Source: Takakia lepidozioides (taxonomy: Eukaryota; Plantae; Bryophyta). Taken from it: a DNA stretch of 64,000 bases. The notes beneath the pieces are model-generated. The model had not been told where the DNA came from. It did no database searches and saw only the letters and a list, made by a program, of their open reading frames with translations. The translations under genes were made by a program, and so were the position numbers. The DNA is taken from assembly GCA_030704615.1 (NCBI GenBank), contig CM060733.1, positions 16,864,001-16,928,000 on the forward strand, in the 5' to 3' direction. Within the stretch, counting starts at the first letter, position 1. Every line of letters starts with the position of its first letter. Of this stretch, positions 1-14,100 are shown in pieces.

Positions 1-3000
1 ATACCTGTTCATGTGCGGAAGGGGCAGGTGCTAGCAAGACTTTCTGCCGTCCCTCTCTCAGAATTAGCTTCGGTTCAGCGTGCCTTGTCACCCCAAGACA
101 TAGGGCTTATTGACAGCCCCCTGGATCAGCTGCAATCATTTGCTGCTCACCAAAGTGCCCCTGCTTGCCCAGCGCTTTCCCCTGCCCAGGAGCCTCATTT
201 CCAACAAGTCCTCACAGACATCAAGGTGGGTGATCATCTTACCCCTGCCGAAAAAAACATGATCTTCATCTGTTTATTCGCAACAATCTAGATATGTTTA
301 GCCAGGGCCCTCATGATCTTGGCAAGACTGACATTCTGCAGCATGATATAGTCACTGAAGGCTCCCCTGTCAAGCACGCATATAGGGAGAGTGTCCGCGA
401 GCACAAGATTATCCAAGAGGAAATCACTCGCATGCTTGACGCAGGCGTGATCACTCCCTCCATTTCTCCATGGGCAAGTTGTCCCATTGTTTTGGTCGGT
501 AAGAAGGATGGCTCCACTCGATTCAGTGTTGACTTTCGCCGATTGAATGCTAGTACTAAACGTGATGTGTACCCTCTTCCTCGCATTAATGAGACCTTAG
601 ATCAGCTCAACGGTGCCACAATTTTTTCGTCCCTAGATCTGGCAGCTGGCTTCTGGCAAGTTCCTCTCACTTCTGCTACCAAAGAAAAAACTGCTTTTAC
701 CTGTAGGATGGGTATATATCAGTGTGAGACTATGCCGTTTGGGCTTTGTAATGCCACAGCCACGTTTCAGCGGCTAATGGATGTAGTGTTAGGCAACCTC
801 AGACGGGAATGTGCCCTTGTTTATATAGATGACATCAATGTTTACTCTACTACCTTCGAAGCTCATCTGTTGGACTTGCAAAGGGTGGTGTGTAGACTTC
901 ATGTTGCCCAACTTAAAGTCAAAGCAAAAAAGTGTGACTTGGATTAGGCTCATATTATCGCCGATTCATCTTTCAATTTGCAAAGATTGCTGCTGCATTG
1001 ACTAGGCTTTTGTCTAAAGATGTGAGATTTTGCTTGGGCCTCGCTGAAACATCTGCCTTTGAGAAACTCAAGGTTGCCTTGACATCTGCCCCTGTTCTTG
1101 CTTACCCCGATTTCACCTTACTTTTTCTCTTACAGACTGATGCCAGTGATTTGGCCATCTCTGCAGTCCTCAGCCAAGTTCATGATGGGCAGGAGCATGC
1201 GGTGGCCTATGCCTCTCGGTGCTTAGACAAACATGACCGCAACTATTCCATCACTGACAAAGAAGGCTTAGCGGTTATCTTTGGTGTTAAGTGTTTTCGT
1301 CAGTACCTTCATGGTTGCCCGTTTGTCTTTGAGACTGATCACCTTCCATTGAAAACATTGCTTACTCCTAGGAAACTGACTGGGAGGTAGGCAAGGTGGG
1401 CTCTGATTTTACAGGCCTATGATTTCAAGATTACTTACAAGCGTGGCAAGGACAATGTTAATGCTGATGCCCTTACCCGGGGGGAAACCAAGTGAGCAAC
1501 CCCTTATACCAGCCTTGATGACTTACTTCTTGTTTCCTCCCCCCCCCAGCTCAAACTGCTTCAGCTTCTGCTGTTACTGACCCAGTGGCACTATGTCACC
1601 TTTTGGATTTTCCTTATGTCCCTGCCGATTTACTTGACGCTTGGGATCTAGCTCAATTTGATGTTCATTAAGTTTGCCACTGGTACTAGCCTGCATTAAG
1701 TGTGGTAGACCCACAGTAGGGATCAGTCAGTCCCTTACCTGCGCCTGGTTCATTTTTCTCCAAATCTGTTGCCTGTTTTTGTTTCTTGACCAAGGGACAG
1801 AGCCGTTCATTAAGGCCTTCATACACCTTCATAGGCAGCCTTTTGAAAGGATGTCAGAAGTTATGAAGGGAAGAACACGGGGGCGGCCACTGCTGTGTGG
1901 CCATGAAGGTTGTAAACATGGATAACCCACTTTACGAAGCTCTCCTCCATAGGTGCAAAGCCGACACCCACTTACGTGGCATATCCAAGCTACTTATGAG
2001 GCAAGTTAACTATCACTTACCTACCCACCGGGAAAATGAAGGGCATTTGTTCAAAGTTGATGCTTTGGAAGGCCAATCTGCTGTGGAAGTCCCTCCTAGG
2101 TCCGCTGTTCTTGCTTTGCTTGAGCTGTACCATGCCTCTACTTACGCTGGTCATTTGGGGGTTGCTAAGACAGTCAAACGATTACAAGAACAATATCATT
2201 GGAAGGGGTTGGTGAAGGATGTTTCAGCTTTCGTTGCTAAATGTGTTCCATGTTATGCCAAGACCATCTTGCCTAGAACCGAGGCTCCATTACCATTACA
2301 GCCTATCTTTGTTACTGAACCTTTTGCAAGGGTGGGCTTAGACTTAGTTGGACCCCTCAAACCCACTTCCAAGGGCTATGCTTACCTCACTGTAGCCACA
2401 GATTACCTGACGAAATGGGTTGAGCTCCGACCATTGGTTGCTAAGGATAACGATGAAGTGGTACAATTCTTCTTTGACAAGGTGATCCTCTGACATGGTT
2501 GTCCACTTGAGATCCTCACGGATCAAGGTACATAGTTTTGCAACCAACTCATGGAAATTGTCTTGTTCAATCTAAATACTATTCATGCGCGGTGACTGCT
2601 CCCTAGAACCCCAGTGCAATGGCTTGACTGAATGTTTTAACCAAACCATGTGTCGGATGTTGGAGAAAAATGGGACTTATCGAAGAGTGGGACATGATTG
2701 TTCCAATTCTGTTGTTTGCTTATCGCACTTCTATTCATGCTAGTACCAAGTTATCTCCTTTTGAGCTGTTGTATGGCAGGAAGTGCCGGTCCCCTTTGCA
2801 TATCTCTTGGTTGCAGGTGTTGGCTACTGAGCCTGAAAACTGGGAGCAATTTTTGCTTACTATGGATGCTAAGCGCAGGCAGCTCCGTGAGACTGTCAAA
2901 TCCAATATCCAGTTTGCACATGCATCTCAGGTTAAGTATTATAACCGTAAGGTTGTTTATTCTGAGTCTTTTAAAATAGGGCAATCTGTTTGTGTCAGAT

Positions 3001-3140
3001 TGCAACCAGGGAAGTAGGTTTCTAAGACTAAACGGCGCATAGATGGCCCTTACCTTATCACTGAAATTCTTCCAGATAGACAGTATGTGCTTCTTCCACA
3101 ACACTCTTCCACTGCTAATCTGGCTAGTTCGGTTCATGTG
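1..3140 (+). mobile_element. Degenerate Ty3/Gypsy LTR retrotransposon internal region (RT - RNase H - integrase), 5' part outside the window
   Basis: ORF 294-947 has RT motifs (SPWASCPIVLVGKKDGS..VDFRRLN, MPFGLCNA, YIDD). ORF 998-1390 has RNase H motifs (QTDAS, NYSITDKEGLAV, TDH). ORF 1897-2493 has the integrase zinc finger (H..GHLG..C..C) and core (GLDLVGP, TDYLTKW). ORF 2670-3017 has the integrase C-terminus (SPFELLYGR). The order RT-RH-INT is Gypsy. There are several stops and frameshifts. Confidence 0.93.
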
Positions 3141-3515
3141 TCTTTATTAGTTCCCTGCACTCTAACGTTTAACTTGACATGTTTGAATGTGAAAAATAGA
3201 CAGGTGATTTATATTCCAACTCGGACTGCAATATCTCGCCTGCAGTTTGTCCGTTTTGAGCCATAGTTAGCATTCGTTTGTTGTTTCGTGCTAGTCATGG
3301 CATCAGATTGTACCAGGCTTGGGGTTTTTCCAAGTTGATCTTTTGTCCTTCGCCCACCTTGCAGGGCAAGGTTTTATTCATTTGGTTTTTTTTCATTCCA
3401 AGCTTACTCGGATGCTAGTTTTTTTTTGCATAGTTTTGTTATAGTTCCCTTGTTCTCTTTTCCTTTCTAGCTCGCTAGAGCTCGCTTAGCTTGAGGGGCC
3501 AGCAAGCCTCACATA

Positions 3516-4066
3516 TGTAAAGGCTCGATTCCGACATGCTTACTTTTGGGCATGGATGAATGAGATCGCGGATGGAGCAGGATGGGGATGCTCATTCAGG
3601 GTAACGAATGGCGCGCAAGATGATGCTCTCAGTTAGTCCTAGATGGATGATGACGGAGTAGCTGTTATGTATTAGGTGTCGGAACAGCTGGCTACAATTA
3701 AGTTGATGTTGTCTTTAGTTAACAGTTAGATTAGGATTAGATTAGGTGAGGTGGCCTGATTGTGTGGCCTAGCTGGGATGGCATCTGACCAACCAATGAA
3801 TGACGGCCGTTTGGCCGAGATAGGATTATATGCTTAAGTATTATATAAATCAAAGCACTCAAGGAATCAGGGTGGTGGATTTTGGTCACAGATCTTGTAC
3901 GGTGTACCTTGGAAGTGTTTGGATGAATGTGTATGAGTAAGGTTAATCTTTGTACTAGGTTCCATCCTATCAAGCGTGTCACTGCCCTACTGCGCTACAA
4001 CCCTCATACTGGTAATACCGGACTGAAAGGGGGAATATATCCCCGGCCCCGGAATCTAGCCTCACA
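3516..4066 (+). repeat. Probable 3' LTR of the Gypsy element
   Basis: TG...CA termini with imperfect terminal inverted repeat (tgtaaaggct ... agcctcaca), directly downstream of the integrase region. The partner LTR is not in the window. Confidence 0.5.
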
Positions 4067-4344
4067 GGTTCAAGATTTGTTTTTCTTAATCCCTAAAAGC
4101 GATTCTTATTTTTTTCAAGGTACAAATTAGGGAAGACCCTAGACATAGGATGGGAGTTGAATGCCCGCATCCAAGGGTACCGGGATGGTTGCTGAGGCAC
4201 AGGTTGGTGGGCCCGCATTCAAATCCGCATGTGCCCTCTTGCCTATGTGGGATTCAAACCTGAGCCAAGGTGTGGTTCAATTCATATCTTCAATGATTAG
4301 AAGAAGATAAAGTAATGTTTTTGTATCTCCAAAATTCCAAAAAA

Positions 4345-4460
4345 TTCCAAGTCCTTGAAGCGGATCTCCGCTCCCCTATTCCCAACCACCTTCCTAGCAT
4401 AAGGCAATAATCCTTCGGGGTGAAGAGACACCATAATTTACGCTTCCTTTGGGAGGCATC
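4345..4460 (+). repeat. Copy of a dispersed retroposon 3'-end module (…ccttcggggtgaagagacaccataattt…)
   Basis: Aligns by eye with the minus strand at 25560-25650 and 45775-45880. Confidence 0.7.
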
Positions 4461-4589
4461 AAATATAAGTATGAGGATGGGTATGGGTATTTCTAGTTTT
4501 GAGATACCCTGGTCCTAGGCACGGGTATGGCAAAAACTCAATGACATACTGGGGCAGCATGTACAATGGTATGAGATAAAACCTGCATA

Positions 4590-6835
4590 GCTTTATAAAA
4601 AGACCCAAGTGGAGTGATTGTACAAATGGGTGTAACTGTCCCCAAGAGGAAACAACCAAAGCTCGTAGAGCTAGATATATTAACACAAAGAAAGAAATCA
4701 AATTATTCTAGTATCACCTACAGCCTGAAGAAGGTTAGACAACAGGAAAGAGGGTGGATCAAAGAGTGCGGGGAGGCGTGATGAAGCCGCCCCCTCTGCC
4801 CGACGTAAAATAGATTGAGCTTGAGCCTTTTGCAAAGCAACAGAAACTCGTTGTCTAAAGAAAACTAGAAGAACATAGGCGTATGAGCTTCCAAGGCTTT
4901 TGTTTTCTGCTGCACGATAGGCACATGTGCAAAAGAACTCGTTGAACTGATGATGCAAACAACCAAAGATCTGGACTGCCAAAGGAAGAAATGTGTCTGC
5001 CTAATAGTCATGCTCATTTCCCTGCGCAGCTACTGAAGCGGCAACTCCCTGTGATGAGGCTGTGCGGGGCAGGAGATCCGACCTACTAGAATCAACGATG
5101 ACAACGTCCGCCAATGTACGTAGTCCGTCCTGTGAGAGAACAATGTCAACCCGTCGTCGAGTGGAATGGCGATTATGGGTGGATGGGAGTATGTGCACCT
5201 GCTCTCGAATGACATGTATCCCAGCATCACGAACAACCGCAGCTGCTGCATCCCGGACGACGTCATGGGTCGCAGTGCGTTCTCCACCGCAGGGGCAACG
5301 AAGAAGATGTACGCCGAGTGAATCGAGAGGATGGCGACAAACACACTGTTGTAGTCCTAACACAGAGGGATGCGGAAGACCCAGTCGAGCTCGTAGGGAG
5401 GTGGTAAATACAGCAGAAGACATATGGAAGGGTGCAATGGTTGGTCGTACCGTGAGCCACGCGCCTGCTCTGGGCCTTGCGCATGAGAGAAGTCTGGCCC
5501 AATGTGCATCTGAAGGAGCGTCAGAAAGCATGCTGGCAAATGAGTGTCGGTGCACGCGTTCCATGATGGTATCTCATAAATGCTCCAGACCTTGAGTGAC
5601 CAACTATTCAAAGGGTGGCAGACAAGCCCGTGTTGATGTTGGGATGAGATCCCGCGCTGAACGAAGATGTTGCTGGAAGGACAAAGAGCCATCGTCGATG
5701 TGGGCAACCACCTCTATGAGAAAAAGGCGTTGCTGACACAGAAACCGAGATGCCAAGGCTGGAGCGACTAAAGCCCAATTACCTAGGAAGGCAGCAGGGG
5801 CAGTGACGACTGTGGATAGTAAACCCACTCATCCAGAAGAGATCGGGAGGGTAGCTTGACGACATGCCAAGGGCCCCTGCTCACTATCAAATGCACCTGG
5901 GTCTAATAGACGATCAAAAATCCCCCTAACAGTCGTATCAAAAGAAGACAGAAGCTCCACAAACTGGGGAGTAGGGGGGAAACAACGCACCTGCATATCG
6001 CCTAGTTTGGGAAGAAGCTCTATATGGCTTGTATCCTGAAGCAAAGCGTCTTGGAGGAAAGATGTTGTGTAAGGGGTACTACCAAAGGGAACACCTAACA
6101 CTCGAATACCGTCAGATGGTGCTAGAAAGTCGACAGGGGGCACAAAATCTGAAGGCAGACCAGAGGGTGACCAAACTGTGGATTTGCGAGGTTGAACAGT
6201 GAGCCCAAGAGAGTGAAGTTGGGTAGCAAAGTGATGGAAAGCCATAAGGATATCAGTGGGAGGGCCAGTGATGTGGGTATCATCAGCAATAGAAGGAAAT
6301 ATACAGGATTGGAAGGCTTGCGCAGATGAGCGAAGGGCTCGGAAGTGGGCAAAAGCAAAAGAGGTCCCCCTAATGGATCGCCCTGACGGGTTCCTACTTC
6401 GGACTGGATTATAAAAAGTTCTCCGGTACGGGTGTGATGACTGTAAAACAAAGGGGTGGAGGAAGCATAAAACAATCTCACAAAGGGAATGAGTTGATGG
6501 CATGCGCCGCCGGCTGATCGCAGTTCTTGAAATATTGTTGATCTGGACACCGTGTTGAAGGCGTTGGTCACATCCACCTAAAGGACGACCCAGTCTGGAT
6601 GAAGGTCAAGGGAAGCCGAATCCCATGCACTACCGCTTCACAACCTCCCGGAGTAGCAACCCAAAACTGATATGGAGAAAAGTGAGAAGAAAAGACCTCC
6701 CGAAACTAGATGCAGATAGAGCGGCTCACCAAGCGATATAGAACCTCCCCCACTGCAATAGGACGAATCCCACCTGTGTTCTTGGACATGGCCAAGAGCC
6801 GTGCTGCTCCAAGCAAACGTGCTACTGGGGGAGGT
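4590..6835 (-). mobile_element. Degenerate, 5'-truncated CRE-clade (RLE-type) non-LTR retrotransposon
   Basis: Fragmented ORFs carry RT motifs (GGIRPIAVGEV at about 6750-6780, DVTNAFNTVSR, GTRQGDPLGG, FPSIADD, GIRVLGVPFG), a CCHC knuckle (CVC..GVHLLRC), and restriction-like endonuclease motifs (HDVVRD, RRVDIVL..LADVVI, PLAVQIFGCLH, RQRVSVALQKAQA). Confidence 0.85.
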
Positions 6836-7291
6836 TCTGAATCGCTTGGTTCATCATACTCCATTCAAAGCTGAAAAAAAACTAGGGGGAAATTAAAACC
6901 CCCCAGCCCACAATAGTAAGGCACACAACATTTTTGTTTTGAACAACATATTGCAGTGTCCTAAAAAATACAAAATCCTATAATTCTTGAGTGGCTCGTG
7001 TGAACATTTTCCCGCCCTTACTGTGCATTGTTTGCAGGAAGAAAGGAGGGAAGGAGAAAAGGAGCGAAAGAGAGAGAAAATCGTTTGCTGAGGAGCTGGA
7101 GCTTGTGATCAAGCAACGCTGGTTGATGAGATAAGAGACCGTTTTGTGAGAGATCATCCAGCAAGGAGGTGACTGGCCAAGGAAGTCCAGCATTTACAGG
7201 GGCTTGTGAGGAGATCCAAGTTTCTGGCCTCTTAATTTGCAGCCCTGCAAAGGTTTAGAGGTCGGTGTTTGATCTCTCTGTTATTCACGGC

Positions 7292-9427
7292 ATGTACGGA
7301 AGGACGGGAGCACAGCTGGTTCGGGAGCTTGCAAACTGTGATGATGATCAAATCCGCCGTTTCAATGTACCATGTTGCCTGCCCGCTTGAGTTCAAGTTG
7401 TAGTGGCTACTTGCTGTGTTTAATTCTTAACTCTCTTTCGTAGTTCTTTGATGCCTGCAGCTTCATTGCTATGTGTCTTTGGCTAATTGTTATGATTCAA
7501 GTCCTCAATTGAACTATATTGTGTTTTCTATTTTTTCAGCATGACCTCTTCAACCAGGCGTTGAGTGAGATACAGGAACACTTCCACCAACTAACAACGT
7601 TTATGGAGTGAGTGATTTTGACTTTGAAACAGTATGAATGCCTTTGCACAATGTTGTGTTATGGTCCTGTTCAATGAAGGCTCAACAGGAGCATTGCATC
7701 AACCTCCTTTCAATCAACTAGGCATCTTAAAGAGGCGAGAGTAAGATGTGAGGGAGCAATCGTGAGTGCATCTGCTGACATCAGGAATACCTTCCAACTG
7801 CAAGACAGAACTATCACTTTGCACGGACTAAGTTAGGAAGTCCTGTCAAAGACAGCCATGTAGCATCTATGCCAAAGATTATACTCAGAGGGGATTACTG
7901 TCTTAGGGTTTTGACAGGGTGTAGTTTTGTAGTTTCTCTTCATCAGCCTAGCTTGCGACATGGGGTTGGAGGTGTGAAGCTCAAAGGCTGAGGGGTTGTT
8001 TGACCTCTCTATATGGTGAACCACCAAACTAGAGAGAGTGCAGCAAGTCTCAACAACTTCCCTTTTCCCAAGACGATTCAAAGGCTGTCAATGCTCGTAA
8101 TGAGCCTTTCAGGGTTGGTGCAGGAAGATGCATGAAGAAACTCCAGATGGGCAGGGAACCCAGGATAATGGGAATTACAATGGTGCTCTTATCCATCATC
8201 AGAGCATACTCCGTAACAAGCGCTGCCTCTTGGCTTATCTGTAAGTCTCATCCTGTTTCAGAAATGGCTTCTAGGCAGAAAATACTTTTAAGGCAGAAAT
8301 TCTTTCTTGACTTGACAAAGCTGATTTTATTCTTTTGAGTGTGAGAGGGAGACAACAATATCCAAAAGATTGGTATCACGTGTTAGAATTCTTGCTGCAG
8401 GTACAATCGGGCAACCAGAATACAGCGTCTAAGATGGCAGCTGGGAGCAGTACTTCCTGAAGATATTCAAAACATGTTGCACCCATCTGAAAAGGAGCTC
8501 TTTAAGAGTTACTCAGACATTCTTGGCTCCTACATGACGAATATCAATCTAGATCTCACTGTGGTAATGTTCCTGCACCAGAACAACTGTAACTGTATGG
8601 ATTGAAACTCACTTTTCCACAGGTGAGGGCTTTGTGCTGGCCACTTGCTCAATTGAACATGGTTGACAGTGTCATTGACTCTTTGAAGAGAAGTGTGCAG
8701 ATAGTTCATAGTTTATCCGCCGAATTTGGTAGCAGGTGGCTTTATCAAGTTTTGCATTTAGCCCCACCCATCAGTCAAAGGACTTGACCTGCCTTCCTGC
8801 TGGGTGAACTCATTCATGTTTGCCAGCAGGGCAGGTATATAGCTTCAGACGATTGCGCACGGGTGTGCACATTTTCTGTAATTTGACTGAATTAAACCGC
8901 ATCTTGATCTCAATTCAAGGCTCTGCCAAGGCTGCCTCAAGTGAGGCCCGGCACATCTGGATGGTGTTCTCCAGGTGTCCTTGGGGGGGCAGAAGTGCTA
9001 TGTGCTTGAAGAAGGAAAATATGGGAACTGTGCTGGAACTATGTAGTGCTGATGAAGTGACTCCGCATGGGCAGGATGCCACGCCACCTAAGGACCCCTA
9101 CATTCAAGTGCGAGTTATGGACAATATTGGGGAGATCCTGCTGGATGACCAATGTACATCATTGTTGCGCAACTCCATTCATTTCATGAAACGAACAGAA
9201 GCAGAGTCTCTTGTCTCACAGGTATTTTATGTACAAATCTTTGTGAGAAAGAGACCAAGTTGGTCTAACTGCTACAGGATGGCAACTATCAGATTGAGAT
9301 TTGTGTACTGCAGCTTTGACTTTTACATAGGGCCAGAAGGGGTTTTGCAGACTTGTAAACTGCACTGTGTTTGGTTTGTCAATTTGTGCTGTGACTTCAG
9401 GGTCTTCTTGAGGAGTTCAATGGATAG
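7292..9427 (+). CDS. PSF1: DNA replication GINS complex subunit PSF1 (GINS1), 6 exons: 7292-7366, 7540-7607, 8124-8240, 8401-8563, 9075-9221, 9401-9427
   Basis: The spliced product contains MYGRTGAQLVREL, HHQSILRNKRCLLAYLYNR, LDLTVDATPPKDPYIQVRV and HFMKRTEAESLVSQGLLEEF. All introns are GT-AG. Confidence 0.93.
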
Positions 9428-11116
9428 AAAGAATGACCACTTGGAAAGGTCAGTAACCTGGGCCAGATTATAGGCAGGTGGGCCTTCTGTTCTCTTCCCC
9501 ACCACTACAGGTGTAAGCACGGTACATTGACAGCGAGATCGATTTGCAGGGTTCGCTTTCAATTTGAGATCAGCTCTCATTCAGGCTAGATCAGGCTCTG
9601 GTAAATACTGGAAGGTAACTTCAAGGTGAAGACAGCAATTGGAATCTATGTCACCAGCAGTGCTTCTGCACGACTTCCTGAAATTTCTGCTTTGCATGAA
9701 AATTCTCTTTCTGAATTCGAACTTCGGGAGACCTGATGTTGCCATTGTCGAGGGTGCTCTTGAATATCAAAACTACGAAATGTTTGCGCCCACCCGCTCT
9801 TGCACCATTGTAGCCAAATTCCCACTGCAACGCTGATTTCAGATAGCTGACTTCATTGTGGCGGTTCCATAATTGATTTACACAACGGACTGAAATAAAC
9901 ACGAAAGTGCATCATTGCCCCAACTGGAGGACATCAAGTGTGTGCGTACATGATACTTCCGTCGACCAAATGGCAAGCCCTCCACCGTGTACAACAGCAC
10001 AAGCATGCAGAGCAGTCAAGTTCGTGAACAATCTCTCAAACATAAAAGATTTGGGCTAACTATTCCTTCATTGCTTAGAGGTTGATTATTTCACGGAATT
10101 GCTCTTTATGATTCTAGTGACCCATTCCGAATCTGGAATATGACAGTGAAATAGGTCACTAGAACTTAGCCCTAATCTTTTATGCAAGGGAACGGGATTT
10201 CTAGTGACTATTACAACAAGAAGCAGCCGAAGAAGAGGAAGAAGAAAGAGAGAAGAAAGAGAGTGGGAAGTCGGACAACGGGAAAAAAGAATATGGAATA
10301 TGGGGGTACACGGAGCCACGTGTCTCTCCTTCTATCCACTCTTCCACCACACTGTTTGAATAGCGCCCGGCCTTGCGCTTCACAGGAAGGAGTTTATAAA
10401 TGTGGGAAACGAAGGGAAGGACAAGAGCGGGTGGTTGTGAAGCGGTTGGCAGAGTGAGAGCCACACGTCGGGGCTGCTTGTGAATGCCATGGTGGCAGGG
10501 ATGGAGGAGGTAAGTAGGTAGCGGAGGATGAGGTAAGGTAAGGTAGACAGATTCCAGGATCATGGCTTCCATCGGATCAGTGCACCACGTGGAAAGTAGG
10601 CCCGGTAATGGATCTCCTGCAAGCGATCTGCCTCACGTAGACCAAGAATGAAGAGTACGAGTGTGTTTTGTAGTGAGAGGGAGAGAGTGTCTGTTATGGT
10701 TGAGGGAGATTCGGATAGGGAGTGTCCGGCTGGAGAAAGGAATTCGGATTGATGAACTTGTCTGGTGCTGGAAGAAGAGGAGATGAGGATAGGGAGTGGA
10801 GGAGGAGATTGAGAAAGAAAGAGTGTAGACGGCAACATTGTCTGTACAGCAGGTGTTGAATTCAAGAGCTGAAGGTTGGAGTAGGCATTGCCATGGAGCA
10901 TCCCTTGCAGGCGTCCCTTGTGGAATTTTCATAAATGAAGATGACATAAACTGCGCAAGCTGCAAGTAATACTTTAATTATGAAAGGGCAGCTATCTTCA
11001 TAATTTTTGTTGTTGTAGAGTCTCTTCCGACCCTGCATTATCTGGCTATGTCCATTCGGCAAGATATTAGGCAATTGCTTGATAGGTAAGACCTTGGTGA
11101 GGCCAGCTAAACAGGC

Positions 11117-14100
11117 ATGGCTACTGCACTCGCGGGTAATCCGCTTTGCCCGTGGGGAACTCAAGACAGGAATTCTAGTCTCTGTGTTCTTCCTTGGAAG
11201 TCAAGCATCTGTGGCATCAAACTCAGCGTTCAATCTTACAGCCGAGGTCATCTGGTACAGGGACCTCTCGCGGTGAATGCCGCTAGTGAAGACAGAGAAG
11301 GTAGCAGTGGAGACGAGGGCGACAGAGGTGGTCGGGAGGAGGGAAGCAGTACCCCTACCACTAGCGGCAAGCAGCAGGTGTGATCCATTTTACAACTTCC
11401 ATAATCAAATCCTGGAACGAAGGTACAAGGAACATTAATATTCGAGCCTTCCTGACTCTCTTGTGAAGAAGGATATGTAATAATTAGACATGTCTGCTTA
11501 ATTGTGTTGCCTTGCCGTCCATGCTTGTATGGTTGATATCAAAGCGCTTGTAGAAATGCATTCATTTCCAGTCTTGCTACTGTATCGGGGACTACTAAGC
11601 TGGGCATTACTACTGGCCCTGGGAGATGACAAATTGCTGTCAAATCTTCGCTTCTATTTCACGACAGTGATTGATGCAAAACCTTTTAAGCCAGACAATG
11701 TAGAGCTTAAAGTCATGATTCCTGTACTTGAATGGATTGTGAGATAAAATCCAGCCTCGAAGGCTTGACTAACGACGCAATAGCAATGGTGAATCCAGGT
11801 CGCATTGAGCTTGGAGGATGTAAATCCAGTGGGTCTAGGCAGGCGATCACGGCAGCTCTTTGACGATGTATGGCGCCGTCTGACAGAGCTAGGCCAGCTC
11901 ACCAGCTCACCCCGGGGGATTGATGACTACGATTACGAGAATGTGCTGGTGGGGGGGCCAATGTGCGATTTCACCACTCCCAATGCGGAGTTGACCACTG
12001 TGCTTGTGGCTGGGGCAACAGGGCGTGTGGGTCGCATTCTTGTTCGCAAACTTCAGATTCGAGGCTACAAAGTGAAGGTGTTCTAATTTTCCCTCTTCCT
12101 GCAGTACACACGTTGTCAAAGGTTATCTATCATCCTTGGACTTACTTGGCCTCCACCACAGGTTATCATTCATGAATCACATCCCTAGGAGGTAACATGG
12201 TGGTTAATGCATCCTTTAAGGTCCGACCGCCATAGAGATGGAAGTTAGTGGGTAGCAGCTTTTTGATGGGATTCTGTGAAGTGCAAAGAAGGAACTTATG
12301 GATGCCCCAATCCTGTGCAGTGATGAAAGGTGTAATATGATTGTGTGGATGCTGAGCAGGCATTGGTGAGGAATGCCGATGAGGAGACACTGCAGATGCT
12401 CCCTCGATCCGTCCAAATTGTTGTGGGTGACCTGGGAGAACCTGCCACCTTGAAGGAAGCTGTAGAAGGCTGCAATAAAATCATATGCTGTGCAACAGCA
12501 CGATCCTCAATCACTGGAGATTTGGCCAGAGTGGACCATCAGGGTGTTGCCAATTTGTCAAAAGCTTTCCAGGTTTTTGATTTTGCACTGAAGTCCTGTC
12601 TTTCATTGATTCATTGTACTTAAGGGAGAGAAGTGAAATGAAATAATACTTTCTAACGTCTGCAGAAAGCTCAAAGAGCTTATGGGACAAGAGAAAGAAT
12701 GAAACAAGAAACAGAGTGTGGCCCTCTCCACGGACCTGATAGTAGAAAAGAAGAACTGCTCTTCACTTTTGAATCCCCTCCTGTTACATACCTGGCTCAA
12801 GTTGGGCACAGTCAGTCCTCCCATTGCAGGTTGTCCCACCTACCTGAAAGCAATGAAATGATAATTTATAGTGTCAGCAGAAAGCTCAAAGAGCTTATGG
12901 GACAAGAGAAAGCATGGAACAAGAAAGAAAGAGGGCCCTCCACAAGCAGTCCAAAAGCAACTGTGGTACCATCCATGGGAAGCTCAAAGAGCTTATGGGA
13001 CAAAATGGAAAAAAACATTAGAGAGGAAACAAAGCCAGAGCTAAAAAACAGCACAAAAGCAACTACTGCTCGAGGGATTGTCTAAGGGTCAAGGCCTCGT
13101 GCAGGTAAGCTGCCAAGCATTTCTGATCCTCATAGTGGAAGAGAGATTGAGTTCTGCGGAATAGACAGTGGAATCTCCCACGGATCCTGTAAAATAGAGG
13201 GCCATAAAAGAAGTAAGTGTTCTTCAGTTTCATTTTCCTGGTTACGCCCGGTGCAAGCTGGGCGAAGGAAGAAAGAAACAAAATAGAGAGAGGGGCCAAA
13301 AACAGCAAATAAAGCTCAAGGGATTGTCTAAGCGTCAATGCTTCATGCAGATAAGCTGCCAAGTATTTCTGAGCCTCGTAATGGAAGACCTCCGGGAGAG
13401 ATTGGGTATTCCGGACAATTGAATCTCCCACGGATCTCATGGTATAAAGGGCAGTGAAAGAAGAAATGTTTGTCAGTTGCAACTTCTCTGTAGTTCCCAA
13501 TGCAGGAAGAAAGGACGGAGACTTTACAATGTGAACAGAGGTAAAGAAAGAATGGCTAGAAAGTTTGTAATGTCCACACGGGGCTGTGAGAGCCCATGCG
13601 ACAAAGGTGAACAACAAGAAACCACTGAACAATCAACTTTAGAGTGTATGAGATAGAGTGAGGAAGAAAAAAAGAAGGTTAATATATCTGTGGGAGGCCC
13701 AAATTGTCCACAGGGGGGGGGTTTGAAAGAATGTACTCATAAGATGTTGTTTGCCGTAGCCTTACGGCCAGTTTGGGCAGAACAAAAGGGCACAGAGATT
13801 ACCTTTGTGAGGGGCTCACTCGAGTAGTTGGACTTACCGCGACATAAACACTTAGTTCAGTCTTCAAAATTTCCTCTAGAAAACTTTGACACAAACATCA
13901 ATCTTCTGTGTGTGATCTGGACCGGCCAGGTCTTTAGGCTCAGCCTCAAGATTTTGAAAAATGGTGACCAAAGGTGCATGGATTATGTTCTTCATATTCC
14001 TGAAGAGGGGTTTGCTCTCTGATGAGAATACCCGGAGGGAACAGAGAAATTACTCGAAGTCGTTGTCTGCTGTAGCCTTGTGGCCATAGACCTTGCACCC

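Noticed and set aside
1674-1925. PHD/zinc finger between RNase H and integrase (CIKC…)
   Set aside because: The Cys/His pattern is incomplete and frameshifted, so it cannot be supported.
13063-13632. 189-aa minus-strand ORF nested in the HCF173 intron
   Set aside because: Its length comes from a local duplication and no domain is recognisable.
14000-14060. Hammerhead ribozyme suggested by CTGAAGAG/CTGATGAG
   Set aside because: There is no stem II closed by GAAA and no stems I/III. The opposite strand reads as LINE-like coding sequence.
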